Notes under the pieces: model-generated
Seen by the model: only the letters and a program-made list of their open reading frames with translations
Told to the model about the DNA's origin: nothing
Database searches by the model: none
Made by a program: the position numbers and the translations under genes
Shown here: positions 8,478 through 17,637 of the stretch, piece by piece
How the letters are laid out: every line of letters starts with the position of its first letter
How positions within the stretch are numbered: position 1 is the stretch's first letter
DNA from: Myxococcales bacterium
Lineage (GTDB): Bacteria > Myxococcota > Myxococcia > Myxococcales > 40CM-4-68-19
Reading direction: 5' to 3'
DNA length: 43,280 nucleotides
Assembly (NCBI GenBank): GCA_045802765.1
Contig: JBJMQJ010000204.1
Location: 1-43,280, forward strand

Positions 8478-10514
8478 TCAGTGCGTCGACATCCAGCGGC
8501 TGACCCGGTCGAAGAACCCGATCACTCCGCCGCGGTGCTCGGTGCAGTCGGGCGGCGCCGTCCCTGGCAGGAAGAGCTCGCGAACGACCCGGTTTTCGGG
8601 GCATCCGGCGATGGCCAGACCGCCCGAGGCCACGTCGATGTCGCGCTCCTCGAGGTCGCCGGGGCGCGCCCATGGCTCGGGCGCCGGCCGCTTGCGGTAG
8701 TACTCGCGCAGGATGCGGCCGAAAACAGGGGCGGCGAGCCTGCCGCCCGACGCCGACGGCCCGAGCGAGCGCGGGCGGTCATAACCGAGCCACACCGCGG
8801 CCGACAGCTCGGGCGTGCCGCCCACGAACCAGACGTCCTGCGCATCGTTGGTCGTCCCCGTCTTCCCGGCGAGCGGCACGCCGGGCGGACCTTCGGCTCG
8901 CGCGGCGGCGCCGGTGCCGCGCTCCACCACGTCGGCGAGCACGCTCGTCATGAGGTAGGCCACGCCGGGCTGCACCGCGGTCTTCATCTCGACCGAGGGG
9001 ACCCAAAGCACGTTCCCCGCCGGCCCTTCCACGGCCGTGATGAATCGCGGCGCGATCCGCATGCCGCCGTTGGCGAAGGCCGCGTACGCGGCCGCCAGCT
9101 CGATGGGCACCACCTCGCCTGCCCCGAGCAGCGAGGAGGGGAAATCCGGGATGGGTGAGTTGATCCCCAGCGCGTGCGCTTGCTCGATGACGCGCGGCAC
9201 GCCGACGCGGTTGCCGAGCGCGACCGCGGCGCGATTCGAGGACACGCGCAGCGCTTCGCGCAGGTTGAGCGGCCCCGCCGGCAGCGCGATGCGATCGGCG
9301 GGCTGGTAATCGCCGCCGTCGTCGGCGAGGAGCGTGGAGAGCGGGATGCCGGAGTCGAGCGCCGCGGCCCAGACGATCGGCTTGAATGCCGACCCGGGCT
9401 GCCGCCGCGCCTGCGTCGCGCGGTCGAACTCCGACATCGAGTAATCGCGGCCGCCCACCAGCGCGCGGACGTCTCCGGTCAACGGATCGAGGGCGACGAA
9501 CAGCCCCTCCAGGCACTCGGCGTGGTCGTCGGCGCACGGCTTCTTGCGGCGGCTTTCCAGCGCGGCGATCTGGCGCGAAAGCTCGCGCTCCGCGGCGCGC
9601 TGCAATGCCGCGTCGAGGCCGGTGCGCACGCGAAGCCCCATCGTGTCCGCTTCGGCGCCGAACCGATCGTGCAGCTCGCGCCGCACGGCCGCCACGAACC
9701 ACGGCGCTCCCGCCGTCTCCTCCGAGGGCGAGAGCCGCAGCTTGTCGCGCAGCGCCTTCTTCAGCTCCTCGGCAGGGATGACGCCCGCACCGGCCATCAG
9801 CCGGAGCACCAGGTCGCGCCGCCGCCGGGCCGCGTCGGGATACCGCCTCGGATCGTAGGTGGTGGGCGCCTTGGGCAGCGCCGCGAGCATGGCCGCCTGC
9901 GCGGCGCTCAGCTCGCCGACCGGCTTTCCGAAATAGCCGCGCGCCGCGGCCTCCACTCCATAGAGACCGTTCCCCAGGTAGATCTGGTTCAGGTACAGCT
10001 CGAGGATCCGATCCTTGGTGAGCTTCTGCTCGATCTCGCGCGCGAGCACCAGCTCCCACAGTTTGCGCCGGAGCGTGCGGGCCGGTCCGATCTGCTGCGG
10101 AAAGACGTTCCGCGCGAGCTGCATGGTGATGGTGCTCGACCCCTCGCGTGCGCTGAGCGCCTTGAGGTCGCGCCAGAGCGCGCCGAGCATCCGATGGAAG
10201 TCGATGCCGCGGTGCTGGTAGAAGCGCCGGTCCTCGACGGCCAGGAACGCGCCGGTCACGCGGGCGGGGATGGCGGCGATCGGGACCAGGATCCGCTGCT
10301 CCGGCGCGAGGCGCGAAATCAGGCGTCCGTCGCGGTCGAGCACCTCGCTCGCCTGCGGCGGCCGGTACGACTCGAGCGCCGCGACCGATGGGCAGGCGCC
10401 GCCCTGGCAGCGGGGCCACAAGAGCGCAAGCGCGATGAGCAGGCACGCGGCGCTGGCCAGCGCGCCGATCCAAGCCCCGTGCAGGATGCGCCGGCGAAGC
10501 TCTGCCCGTTCCAT
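8478..10514 (-). CDS. Class A penicillin-binding protein (PBP1A-type bifunctional glycosyltransferase/transpeptidase)
   Basis: GT51 motifs are EDRRFYQHRGID and GSSTITMQLARN. Transpeptidase motifs are SAFKP (SxxK), SSN and KTGTT. The likely start is the ATG at 10514 (MERAELRRR, preceded by GAGGAG). An alternative GTG lies at 10589. Confidence 0.9.
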   Translation of the reverse strand: MERAELRRRILHGAWIGALASAACLLIALALLWPRCQGGACPSVAALESYRPPQASEVLDRDGRLISRLAPEQRILVPIAAIPARVTGAFLAVEDRRFYQHRGIDFHRMLGALWRDLKALSAREGSSTITMQLARNVFPQQIGPARTLRRKLWELVLAREIEQKLTKDRILELYLNQIYLGNGLYGVEAAARGYFGKPVGELSAAQAAMLAALPKAPTTYDPRRYPDAARRRRDLVLRLMAGAGVIPAEELKKALRDKLRLSPSEETAGAPWFVAAVRRELHDRFGAEADTMGLRVRTGLDAALQRAAERELSRQIAALESRRKKPCADDHAECLEGLFVALDPLTGDVRALVGGRDYSMSEFDRATQARRQPGSAFKPIVWAAALDSGIPLSTLLADDGGDYQPADRIALPAGPLNLREALRVSSNRAAVALGNRVGVPRVIEQAHALGINSPIPDFPSSLLGAGEVVPIELAAAYAAFANGGMRIAPRFITAVEGPAGNVLWVPSVEMKTAVQPGVAYLMTSVLADVVERGTGAAARAEGPPGVPLAGKTGTTNDAQDVWFVGGTPELSAAVWLGYDRPRSLGPSASGGRLAAPVFGRILREYYRKRPAPEPWARPGDLEERDIDVASGGLAIAGCPENRVVRELFLPGTAPPDCTEHRGGVIGFFDRVSRWMSTH

Positions 10515-10674
10515 CCACTCCTCAACCGTCGGCCGGCCCGGGATTCCTCCGGACACGCGAGCCACCCCCGCGGGATCGCGGGCGCTCACGCCTCAAGATA
10601 CGCCCTCCCGGGCTCGTCCATTTCCTCCGCCCGTCCTACCCGCCCCGACATGTGCGCCGCGGTACAGTCTGCGC

Positions 10675-11586
10675 ATGGAGACCTGCCCGCGCTGCGGATC
10701 GCAAAGGCCGGCCGCGCGGGTCGAGTGCCCGCGCTGCGGCGTGATCTATGCCAAGGCGGAAGCGCGCGCGGCCGCGCTTCCGCACGCGGCCGCGGCGCCG
10801 GAATATGGACCGGCGTCGACGGAGGCGCCGGACTTCGAGGGCGGCGCGGCGCTCGAGGCGAGCATCCGGACCTGGGCCATTCCCTCGGCGCTGGTCTGCG
10901 CCTTCCTGCTCGTCTCGACCGGCCCGGGTCGCGCGGTGGTCCGCGTCTTCTTCGGCATGTGGATTCACGAGCTGGGCCATGCCTCGGCGGCCTGGCTGTG
11001 CGGCTTTGTCGCCATGCCGGGGCCATGGCGGACCCTGACCGCGTCGGCGCGGTCGCCGGCGTTCGCGGCTCTGATCTCGGCGGCGCTCATCTACGCCGTC
11101 GTGCGAAGCTGGCTGACCGGCCGGAAGAGAGCGGCCCTGTCCGCCGCTGCCTTGCTCCTCCTGCAGCTCTGCTGCACGCTCTTGCTCAGTGCGCGCTTCG
11201 CCACCGCCTTCGTCGTCTTCGCGGGCGACGCCGGTTGCCTGGTGATCGGTTCGCTCCTCATGGCGAGCATGTACGCTCCTCTGGAAGGAGCGATCCGTCG
11301 CGGCCACCTTCGCTGGGGATTCCTCGCCATCGGAGCGGGCGCATTCGCCGACGCCTTCGAGCAGTGGTTACGCGCGCGCGCGGACCCCGACCGGATCCCG
11401 TTCGGGATGAACGAGGGGGTCGGCCCGAGCGACCCGAGCGTCTTGAGCGACGAGTATGGCTGGAGCGCGTCCTTGCTCGTCCACCGCTACGTTGCCCTCG
11501 GCTGCGTGTGCCTCGTCGCTCTCGGGTGTATCTACGTCCTGGGCCGTCGAAAGGCCCGCGGCGACGCCCTGCGGCAACGCCGCTGA
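10675..11586 (+). CDS. Polytopic membrane protein with an N-terminal zinc ribbon and an HExxH metalloprotease motif
   Basis: An ATG at 10675 inside ORF 10270..11586 gives METCPRCGSQRPAARVECPRCG (two CPxCG knuckles). The motif WIHELGHA lies in a hydrophobic segment, followed by several more predicted TM helices. The family was not identified. Confidence 0.6.
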   Translation: METCPRCGSQRPAARVECPRCGVIYAKAEARAAALPHAAAAPEYGPASTEAPDFEGGAALEASIRTWAIPSALVCAFLLVSTGPGRAVVRVFFGMWIHELGHASAAWLCGFVAMPGPWRTLTASARSPAFAALISAALIYAVVRSWLTGRKRAALSAAALLLLQLCCTLLLSARFATAFVVFAGDAGCLVIGSLLMASMYAPLEGAIRRGHLRWGFLAIGAGAFADAFEQWLRARADPDRIPFGMNEGVGPSDPSVLSDEYGWSASLLVHRYVALGCVCLVALGCIYVLGRRKARGDALRQRR

Positions 11587-11672
11587 AACGGGCGTCCTCG
11601 CGCCGCTCCGCCGGCGTGCGCATCTACTCAGCGCCCGGCGCGTCCTACGCGCGCCTCTCCCGGAGGTCCCAC

Positions 11673-12278
11673 GTGAAGCTCTACTTCAAGTCCGGCGCTT
11701 GCTCCCTTTCTCCCCATATCGTGCTCCGTGAGCTCGGCCTGCCGTTCGATCTGGAGGCGGTCGACACCAAGGCGCAGAAGACCGCCACCGGCGCGAACTT
11801 CACGGACATCAACCCGAAGAAGTACGTCCCCACCCTGCAGCTCGACGACGGCCAGGTGCTCACCGAGGGCGCAGCGATCGTCCAGTACCTCGCGGACAGA
11901 AAGCCCGACGCCATGCTCGCGCCCCCATGGGGCTCGATGGACCGTTACCGGCTGCAGGAATGGCTGAATTACGTCGCGAGCGAGCTACACAAGTCCTTCG
12001 GTCCGATCTTCCGCGCTCCCGAGGAGCAACGCCCCCCGCTGCGCGAAGCGCTGGCGCCGAAGCTCGACTACCTCGCCCGCCATCTCGAAAAGCGGCAGTT
12101 CGTCATGGGCGACCGCTTCACGGTCGCCGACGCGTACCTCTTCACGGTGCTCAACTGGACGAACTACCTGGGCATCGACCTGGGCCGCTGGCCGCCGCTC
12201 AAGTCGTACGTGCAGCGCGTGTCGGCCCGCCCGGCGGTCCGGGCGGCGATGGAAGCCGAGGGTCTGCTGCGCGGCTGA
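11673..12278 (+). CDS. gstA: Glutathione S-transferase, beta class (201 aa)
   Basis: A GTG at 11673 follows GGAGG. VKLYFKSGACSLSPHIVLRE, TEGAAIVQYLAD, EWLNYVASELHK and FTVADAYLFTVLNW parallel E. coli Gst almost block for block. Confidence 0.9.
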   Translation: MKLYFKSGACSLSPHIVLRELGLPFDLEAVDTKAQKTATGANFTDINPKKYVPTLQLDDGQVLTEGAAIVQYLADRKPDAMLAPPWGSMDRYRLQEWLNYVASELHKSFGPIFRAPEEQRPPLREALAPKLDYLARHLEKRQFVMGDRFTVADAYLFTVLNWTNYLGIDLGRWPPLKSYVQRVSARPAVRAAMEAEGLLRG

Positions 12279-12306
12279 CGGTCGCCGTCTGGTACTGTGC
12301 CGCGCC

Positions 12307-12690
12307 GTGGGGCGCGGCGCCGCCATCCTGCTCGTCGCCTGCGGCGGCGCCGCGGGAGCAGTGGCGCGGTTCGTCGTGGGCGACTCCTTCTCGCGGCGCC
12401 TGGGCACCGGTTGGCCGTATGGGACGCTGTTCATCAACGTCACCGGATGCTTCGCCATCGCGCTGTTCTTCTCGGCCGCGGCAGCGCGCGCCGAGATGGC
12501 GCCGGGCTGGAGGTTCCTGTTCCCGGTCGGGTTCGTCGGTGCGTACACGACCTTTTCCACCTACGGTTACGAGACGCTCCGGCTCCTGCAGCTGGGGCAG
12601 GCAGCGGGCGCGGTCACGTACCTCGCGGCCTCCAACGTGCTCGGCCTGTGCGCCGTGGTCGCCGGCGACTGGCTGGGCAGGAGGATCTGA
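12307..12690 (+). CDS. crcB: Fluoride ion channel CrcB/FluC (127 aa)
   Basis: It has four hydrophobic segments. The motifs GTLFINVTGCF and GFVGAYTTFSTY are typical of CrcB. The start is GTG. Confidence 0.9.
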   Translation: MGRGAAILLVACGGAAGAVARFVVGDSFSRRLGTGWPYGTLFINVTGCFAIALFFSAAAARAEMAPGWRFLFPVGFVGAYTTFSTYGYETLRLLQLGQAAGAVTYLAASNVLGLCAVVAGDWLGRRI

Positions 12691-12691
12691 G

Positions 12692-13375
12692 ATGCGCGAT
12701 CCGCGGCGCCTGGTGGTCTACGTGAGCGAATCGCGGCGCCGGGGCCTTCGGCCGCTCTGGCGCGAGGTGCTCGACGTCTGCCGCCGCCACGGGCTTTCGG
12801 GAGCGACGGCCACGCGCGGGCTGGTCGGATTCGGCGCCTCCGGGAAGATCCACGAGGACTTGACTCCCGACGCCATGCCGGACCTGCCGGTGACGATCGA
12901 GGCGATCGACGAGGCGGCCCGGATCGACGCCGTGCTCCCGGACCTCGACGTGCTCGTCACCGACGGGCTCGTCGCCGTGCACGAGGTGCGCGTGGTCAAG
13001 GCCCGGCCGCGGAAAGCGGCTGCGGAGGCGAAAGTGACGCACGAGAAGCTGATCGGCAAGGCGAAGATGCTCCGCGTGCACGTCGGCGCGAAGGACACCT
13101 GGGAAGGCGAGCCGCTCTGGGAGGCGCTGGTCAAGCGCTTCCACCAGCTCGATCTCGCCGGAGCCACCGTGTACCGCGGGCTCGAAGGGTACGGCGCGTC
13201 GGGGCGCATCCACCGGCGCGCCGTCTGGCGCTCCGGGGACGAGCCGATCACCGTGGTCGCCATCGATTCTGCGGAGAAGATCGAGAAGGCCGTCCCCTAC
13301 CTCGATCGGATGGTGGGCAGCGGTCTGGTGGCGATCTCCGATGCCGACGTCATCCTCTATCGCGAGACGACCTGA
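12692..13375 (+). CDS. Tandem DUF190 (CrcB-associated, PII-like fold) protein
   Basis: The ATG at 12692 lies 1 nt after the crcB stop and follows AGGAGGA. Two internal repeats each carry GATxxRG(L)xG(F/Y)GASG (LSGATATRGLVGFGASGKIH and LAGATVYRGLEGYGASGRIH). Confidence 0.8.
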   Translation: MRDPRRLVVYVSESRRRGLRPLWREVLDVCRRHGLSGATATRGLVGFGASGKIHEDLTPDAMPDLPVTIEAIDEAARIDAVLPDLDVLVTDGLVAVHEVRVVKARPRKAAAEAKVTHEKLIGKAKMLRVHVGAKDTWEGEPLWEALVKRFHQLDLAGATVYRGLEGYGASGRIHRRAVWRSGDEPITVVAIDSAEKIEKAVPYLDRMVGSGLVAISDADVILYRETT

Positions 13376-14618
13376 GCGCCACCAGGTCCTGCGCGATCCT
13401 TTGCTGCGCGCGCCACTGCCCGTGCAGGGCGCCCCGCGACTCGAGGCGCTCGAGCGCCGCGCGCGCCGCCGCTTCAATCGGCTCGGGCACGGCTCCGGCG
13501 AACGGCGTCCCTGGGAGCGGCATGAACGCATGGCTGTGGATGCGCGCGCCCAGCGCGACCAGCTCTCGCGCGAAAGCGACGGAGAGGGCGCGGTCCTCGG
13601 GCGTCTCACCAGGAAGGCCGAGCAGGAAATCGACGTCGGGCACGAAGCCCGCCTCGATGCACGCGCGCACCGCCCGGCGCACGTCTTCGACCGAATGGCC
13701 CCGGTGGCTCTCCCCGAGGACGCGGTCCGAGCCGCTCTGCCCGCCGATGACCAGCTGATCGTTGTCCACGTACTTCTTCAGGACGCGAAGCGCGGCGGGG
13801 GTCACATGCTCCGGCCGGCACTCGGCGGGGAAGGTGCCGAAGTAGATCTTCCCCTCGGGCAACTCTTCCCGGACCGAGGCGAGCAGCTCCTCCACCGCAT
13901 CGAGGTCCACCGACGCGTCGGCGGAGCCGTAGGACAGGCACGTCGGGGTGAGGAAGCGGGCATAGCGCACCGTGCCGCTCTCGCGCATGCGGGCCACGTG
14001 CGCGCGGACGTTCGCGATGCTGCGGTGGCGGAAGCGCGCCTTGAACATGAACGGCGCCTGGCAGAAGGAGCAGGCGTAGATGCAGCCGCGGGTGATCTCC
14101 AGCGCGTTCCACTTGCCCGCGCGGGCGTTGAAGGCCGGGAAATCGTCGAGCGGCCGCCGCTCGCCAGGGCCGTTCGAGGCAAGCCGGCCGTCGCGGAGGA
14201 AGGCGATGCCGGGCACCGCGCGGGGATCGCGGCCGCGGATCAGCGCGGACGCGAGCGCGACCGCGGTTCCTTCGCCCTCTCCGAGCGCCACCAGGTCGAA
14301 CCCGGCGCGCAACGTCGCGAGCGGCTCCGCGGTCGCATGCACGCCCCCCGCGACGTGCAGGCCTGCGGCGCGGGAGCGCACCCAGGCGAGGTCTTCGACG
14401 CTGGCGAGGAAATCCGGGGAGTAGAAGGACCAGGCAGCCACCGGGATTCCGCCAGCGGCGGCCACGGAGACGAGCTGCGCCGCGAGCGCCGCGCGATCCC
14501 TGGCGAACCGGACTTCGACTCCGTCGGTGAGCGGATCGGTCTGCAGCGCCGCGGTGACGACGTTCAACGCGGCAAGGCCGCTGCGGGTATGGTGCGCGAC
14601 GATCACCGGGCGCGGCAT
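13350..14618 (-). CDS. B12-binding-domain radical SAM protein (422 aa)
   Basis: An internal ATG at 14618 of ORF 13350..15209 gives MPRPVIVAH. The radical-SAM cluster motif is CIYACSFC (CxxxCxxC), with a Rossmann-like N-terminal domain. The 3' end overlaps the DUF190 gene by 26 nt (convergent). Confidence 0.8.
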   Translation of the reverse strand: MPRPVIVAHHTRSGLAALNVVTAALQTDPLTDGVEVRFARDRAALAAQLVSVAAAGGIPVAAWSFYSPDFLASVEDLAWVRSRAAGLHVAGGVHATAEPLATLRAGFDLVALGEGEGTAVALASALIRGRDPRAVPGIAFLRDGRLASNGPGERRPLDDFPAFNARAGKWNALEITRGCIYACSFCQAPFMFKARFRHRSIANVRAHVARMRESGTVRYARFLTPTCLSYGSADASVDLDAVEELLASVREELPEGKIYFGTFPAECRPEHVTPAALRVLKKYVDNDQLVIGGQSGSDRVLGESHRGHSVEDVRRAVRACIEAGFVPDVDFLLGLPGETPEDRALSVAFARELVALGARIHSHAFMPLPGTPFAGAVPEPIEAAARAALERLESRGALHGQWRAQQRIAQDLVALRSSRDRG

Positions 14619-14691
14619 CGCGACCGATCCTAGACCGCAGGCGAGGCGGCGCGATACAGGCGACGCCGTGGATACCGCCCGCCAGGCCACG

Positions 14692-15588
14692 ATGCTCGCG
14701 AACCGGGTGCGGAAGAACTTCCGCCGCCTGCACCGACCGTTCGAGCGCGAAGGGGTGGGCGCCTTCCGCGTATACGACTGGGACGTCCCGGAGATCCGCG
14801 CGGCAGTCGACTGGTACGAAGGCCACCTGGTCGTCGCGGAATACGAACGCGCGCAGACGCGCGAGACCGAATGGCTCGAGGCGATGGGCGCGGCGGCCGC
14901 CTCCGCGCTGGAGGTCCCGAAAGGCCGCGTCCGCCTGAAGCGCCGCCGTACGCGGCCGGCGCGCGGAGCGCGGTACGGCCGGCTGGGGCGCAAGGGCGAG
15001 CGCATCGCGGTGCGCGAGCGCGGCTTGCGCTTCTGGGTGAACCTCGACGACTTCATCGACACGGGGCTGTTCCCCGACCACCGCGAGACGCGCGCTCGCA
15101 TCCGCGCGGAGGCGCGCGGGAGCGAGTTCCTCAACCTGTTCGGGTATACGGGCGCTTTCACCTGCGCCGCGGCGGCCGGCGGCGCGCGGCGGACGGTGAC
15201 CGTCGACACCTCCCAGGCCTACCTCGCCTGGGCGCGCGACAATCTCCAGCTGAACGGGCTGGACGCCGCCGACCACGAGCTGTTGCGAACGGACGCGCGC
15301 GAATTCCTCGCCCGCGCCGGCCGTCGCTTCACGCTCTGCATCCTTGATCCGCCGTCCTTCTCGACGCGGGCGGGCGCTCCGCCTTTCGACGTGCAGCGCG
15401 ATCACCGCGAGCTGATCGAGGGCGCGCTTTCGACGCTCCTTCCCGGAGGCGTGCTCTACTTCTCGACCAACCACCAGCGCTTCGAGCCGCGGCTTGCGGG
15501 CCTGCGCGCGGAGGAGATCACGCGCGCGACGGCGCCGCCCGACTACCGGCGTGCGCCGCACCGCTCATTCCGCATCGTCAGCGGTTGA
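14692..15588 (+). CDS. Class I SAM-dependent RNA methyltransferase (RlmK/RlmL C-terminal-domain type)
   Basis: MLANRVRKNFRRL, FLNLFGYTGAFT (SAM-binding G-loop), ILDPPSF (catalytic DPPxF-like) and GGVLYFSTN support the call. The ATG at 14692 is preferred; an alternative GTG lies at 14668. Confidence 0.8.
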   Translation: MLANRVRKNFRRLHRPFEREGVGAFRVYDWDVPEIRAAVDWYEGHLVVAEYERAQTRETEWLEAMGAAAASALEVPKGRVRLKRRRTRPARGARYGRLGRKGERIAVRERGLRFWVNLDDFIDTGLFPDHRETRARIRAEARGSEFLNLFGYTGAFTCAAAAGGARRTVTVDTSQAYLAWARDNLQLNGLDAADHELLRTDAREFLARAGRRFTLCILDPPSFSTRAGAPPFDVQRDHRELIEGALSTLLPGGVLYFSTNHQRFEPRLAGLRAEEITRATAPPDYRRAPHRSFRIVSG

Positions 15589-16369
15589 CCTGCCGGCGCT
15601 GTTGCTCCGCGAGCGCCACCGAGATCCAGTAACGCGCCGCCGCCAGATCGCCGTTCTGCACCGCCGTGCGCGCGCTCTGCACCGCGCTCTGCGCCGCGGC
15701 GGGCAGCGAACCCGACGCCGATTCGAGGGTATCGAGGACGCGCGAGTCGCCTGCGGTGAGCTGCTGCTGCGCGCGGCCCAACGCCGAGGTTGCCTCCTGC
15801 TCGCGGGCGCGCGACTGCTGCGCCGCCAGCTCCTCCTGCTGCCGCCGGGCCTGCTCCTGGGCGAGCTGCTCGCGCAGGCTCGCGACCTGCTGGTTCAGCT
15901 CCTCGAGCTGCCGGGTCTGCGCGGACGCGTTCGCTCGCGCGAGCTGCTGCTCGAGCGAGGCGACGCGGTCGCGCAGGCGGCGCACTTCGTCCGCCGGGGG
16001 ACCTGCGTCCGCTTCGCTGGCGCGGTCGGCCGATCCGGCGTCGGCAACGCCGGCGTCGACGTCGGCGCGCACGCGCCCAGGAGGGTCTCCGAGGTAGACC
16101 GGTCCTGCGTCGGCGCGGGCCGCCGGGAAGCGTAGCGGGGCGTCCCCCGTGGAAGCGCGGGCCGTCGCGGATCCACCCGCGTCAGCCGAGGCGCCCGGAG
16201 CAGCGCCGATCGCCGCGTCGGCGGCGCCGCCACCTCGATCGGCAATGCTTGCGTCAGCCGCGGTCGCTCCGCTGGCGCCGGGGGATCCCGCTCCACCGTC
16301 GCCCTGGAGCTGCAAGGCCCCGACCGCCGCGCTCAACCCCGCGAGACCGGCAAACAGTCCCTTGACCAT
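15578..16369 (-). CDS. Secreted Ala/Gly/Asp-rich protein with a C-terminal coiled coil (263 aa)
   Basis: An internal ATG at 16369 gives MVKGLFAGLAGLSAAVGAL (signal-like). A low-complexity region follows, then heptad-like RLRDRVASLEQQLARAN...QLEELNQQVASLREQLAQEQARRQQEELAAQQ. No family was recognised. Confidence 0.55.
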   Translation of the reverse strand: MVKGLFAGLAGLSAAVGALQLQGDGGAGSPGASGATAADASIADRGGGAADAAIGAAPGASADAGGSATARASTGDAPLRFPAARADAGPVYLGDPPGRVRADVDAGVADAGSADRASEADAGPPADEVRRLRDRVASLEQQLARANASAQTRQLEELNQQVASLREQLAQEQARRQQEELAAQQSRAREQEATSALGRAQQQLTAGDSRVLDTLESASGSLPAAAQSAVQSARTAVQNGDLAAARYWISVALAEQQRRQVNR

Positions 16370-16436
16370 GCTCGTAGAGTGCCACCGCGAGCGCCCGTGC
16401 GCAGCAGCGGCAGGCGCCCGGGCGGGAGCCCCGCGA

Positions 16437-17519
16437 TCAAGCAGGCGGCGGCACGGGGAGGGCGGCCTCGCTATGGGCCCGCAGCCAGGTGACGATGCGC
16501 GGATGGATCTCCTCCGGAGCGTTGCGCCCGAAGAGCAGGTCCGAGTGCCCGTAGTCGGTGGAGAGGCCGGCCCCACGGCCCGCGACCCACAGCTCCTTCT
16601 CGCCTGCCCACAGCTCGTACCCGCCGCGCACTGCCAGAGGCGGCGCGAGGAGGTCGACTGCGCCGGCGACGAACAGCGCGGGCTGCCGTGCGCCGGAGAG
16701 CCCGGCGCGGTAGTCGGTGAGCCCGTCCACCGAAGCAAACCGATCCCGCCGCATCCAGTCGAGGAATTGCCGCAGGACCTGCGGGGGGACGTCCTCGACG
16801 ACGTTGGCGAGCACCTGGCGGTAGATGCGCGCGTCGATGTTGCGCGAATTCCAGGCGAACTGCGCGAGCCCCGGATGGAACCAGCCCGCCACCGGCGTCG
16901 CGGCGCGCGCCAGCAACCGGTGGCCGCGGCCGGTCGCGAGGAATGCATACGGCAGCAGCTTGCGCAGCGCCTCCTGGGCGTGGAAATGCGTCGGCGGCGC
17001 CAACGCGACCACGCCCGCGATCCGCGCGGGGAACATGCCCGCCGCGACGAGGCCGAGGAGCGCGCCCTGGCTATGTCCGACCCACAGCGCGCGATCCGCT
17101 CGCGAGGCAGCATGCACCTCGTCGAGCGCGGCCGGAATGTCCTGCGAGAGGTAGGTGTCGAAGCTCCACGCGCGCGGAGAGCCTCGCCGCGAGTCGCCGT
17201 GCCCGCGCAGATCGAGCGCGAAGCAGTCGAACCCCGCGTCGGCCAGCGCCAGCGCGAGCGAGTAGCGCGGCACGGCGAAATCCAGGCTGGCGCGGTTCGC
17301 GGAAAGCCCGTGGCAGAGCAGCACGGGCGGCCAGCGCGGCGTCCCGCGCGGTACCCGCCGGGCTACGGCGACGCGCCAGCCATCCTGGGTATGCGCGAAG
17401 CGAAGCTCGTCCTGCGTCGGGCGCAGCCGATATACCCATCCCCAGAACACCGTGTGGAGAATCGCCAGGGCCGCGACGGCGACCGCGGCAGCGAGCAGGA
17501 GGAGCCAGGGGCTGCGCAA
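16437..17519 (-). CDS. Alpha/beta-fold hydrolase with an N-terminal membrane anchor
   Basis: It has a nucleophile elbow GHSQG, an HG oxyanion motif (LLCHGLSAN) and a C-terminal GHSDLLFG (catalytic His). The start is TTG at 17519, which is uncertain. Confidence 0.8.
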   Translation of the reverse strand: MRSPWLLLLAAAVAVAALAILHTVFWGWVYRLRPTQDELRFAHTQDGWRVAVARRVPRGTPRWPPVLLCHGLSANRASLDFAVPRYSLALALADAGFDCFALDLRGHGDSRRGSPRAWSFDTYLSQDIPAALDEVHAASRADRALWVGHSQGALLGLVAAGMFPARIAGVVALAPPTHFHAQEALRKLLPYAFLATGRGHRLLARAATPVAGWFHPGLAQFAWNSRNIDARIYRQVLANVVEDVPPQVLRQFLDWMRRDRFASVDGLTDYRAGLSGARQPALFVAGAVDLLAPPLAVRGGYELWAGEKELWVAGRGAGLSTDYGHSDLLFGRNAPEEIHPRIVTWLRAHSEAALPVPPPA

Positions 17520-17637
17520 GGCGCGCGGAGTCTACCCGCGCGCGATGCGCCATGCCCGTGTCGCGCGAGCGGCGCCCGCCGCCCGGGATAGGCGTACTGC
17601 GACCGGATACGGTCGATTGCGCGGAGAGGAGCCTCCT

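Noticed and set aside
12240-12306. A sequence upstream of crcB with GGCGAUGG...GGCUGACG, reminiscent of the fluoride riboswitch (GGCGAUG...CUGAUG).
   Set aside because: It lies inside the 3' end of gstA; the GGCTGA contains the gstA stop. The P1 and pseudoknot complementarity expected for the crcB motif is absent. Only 28 nt are truly intergenic.
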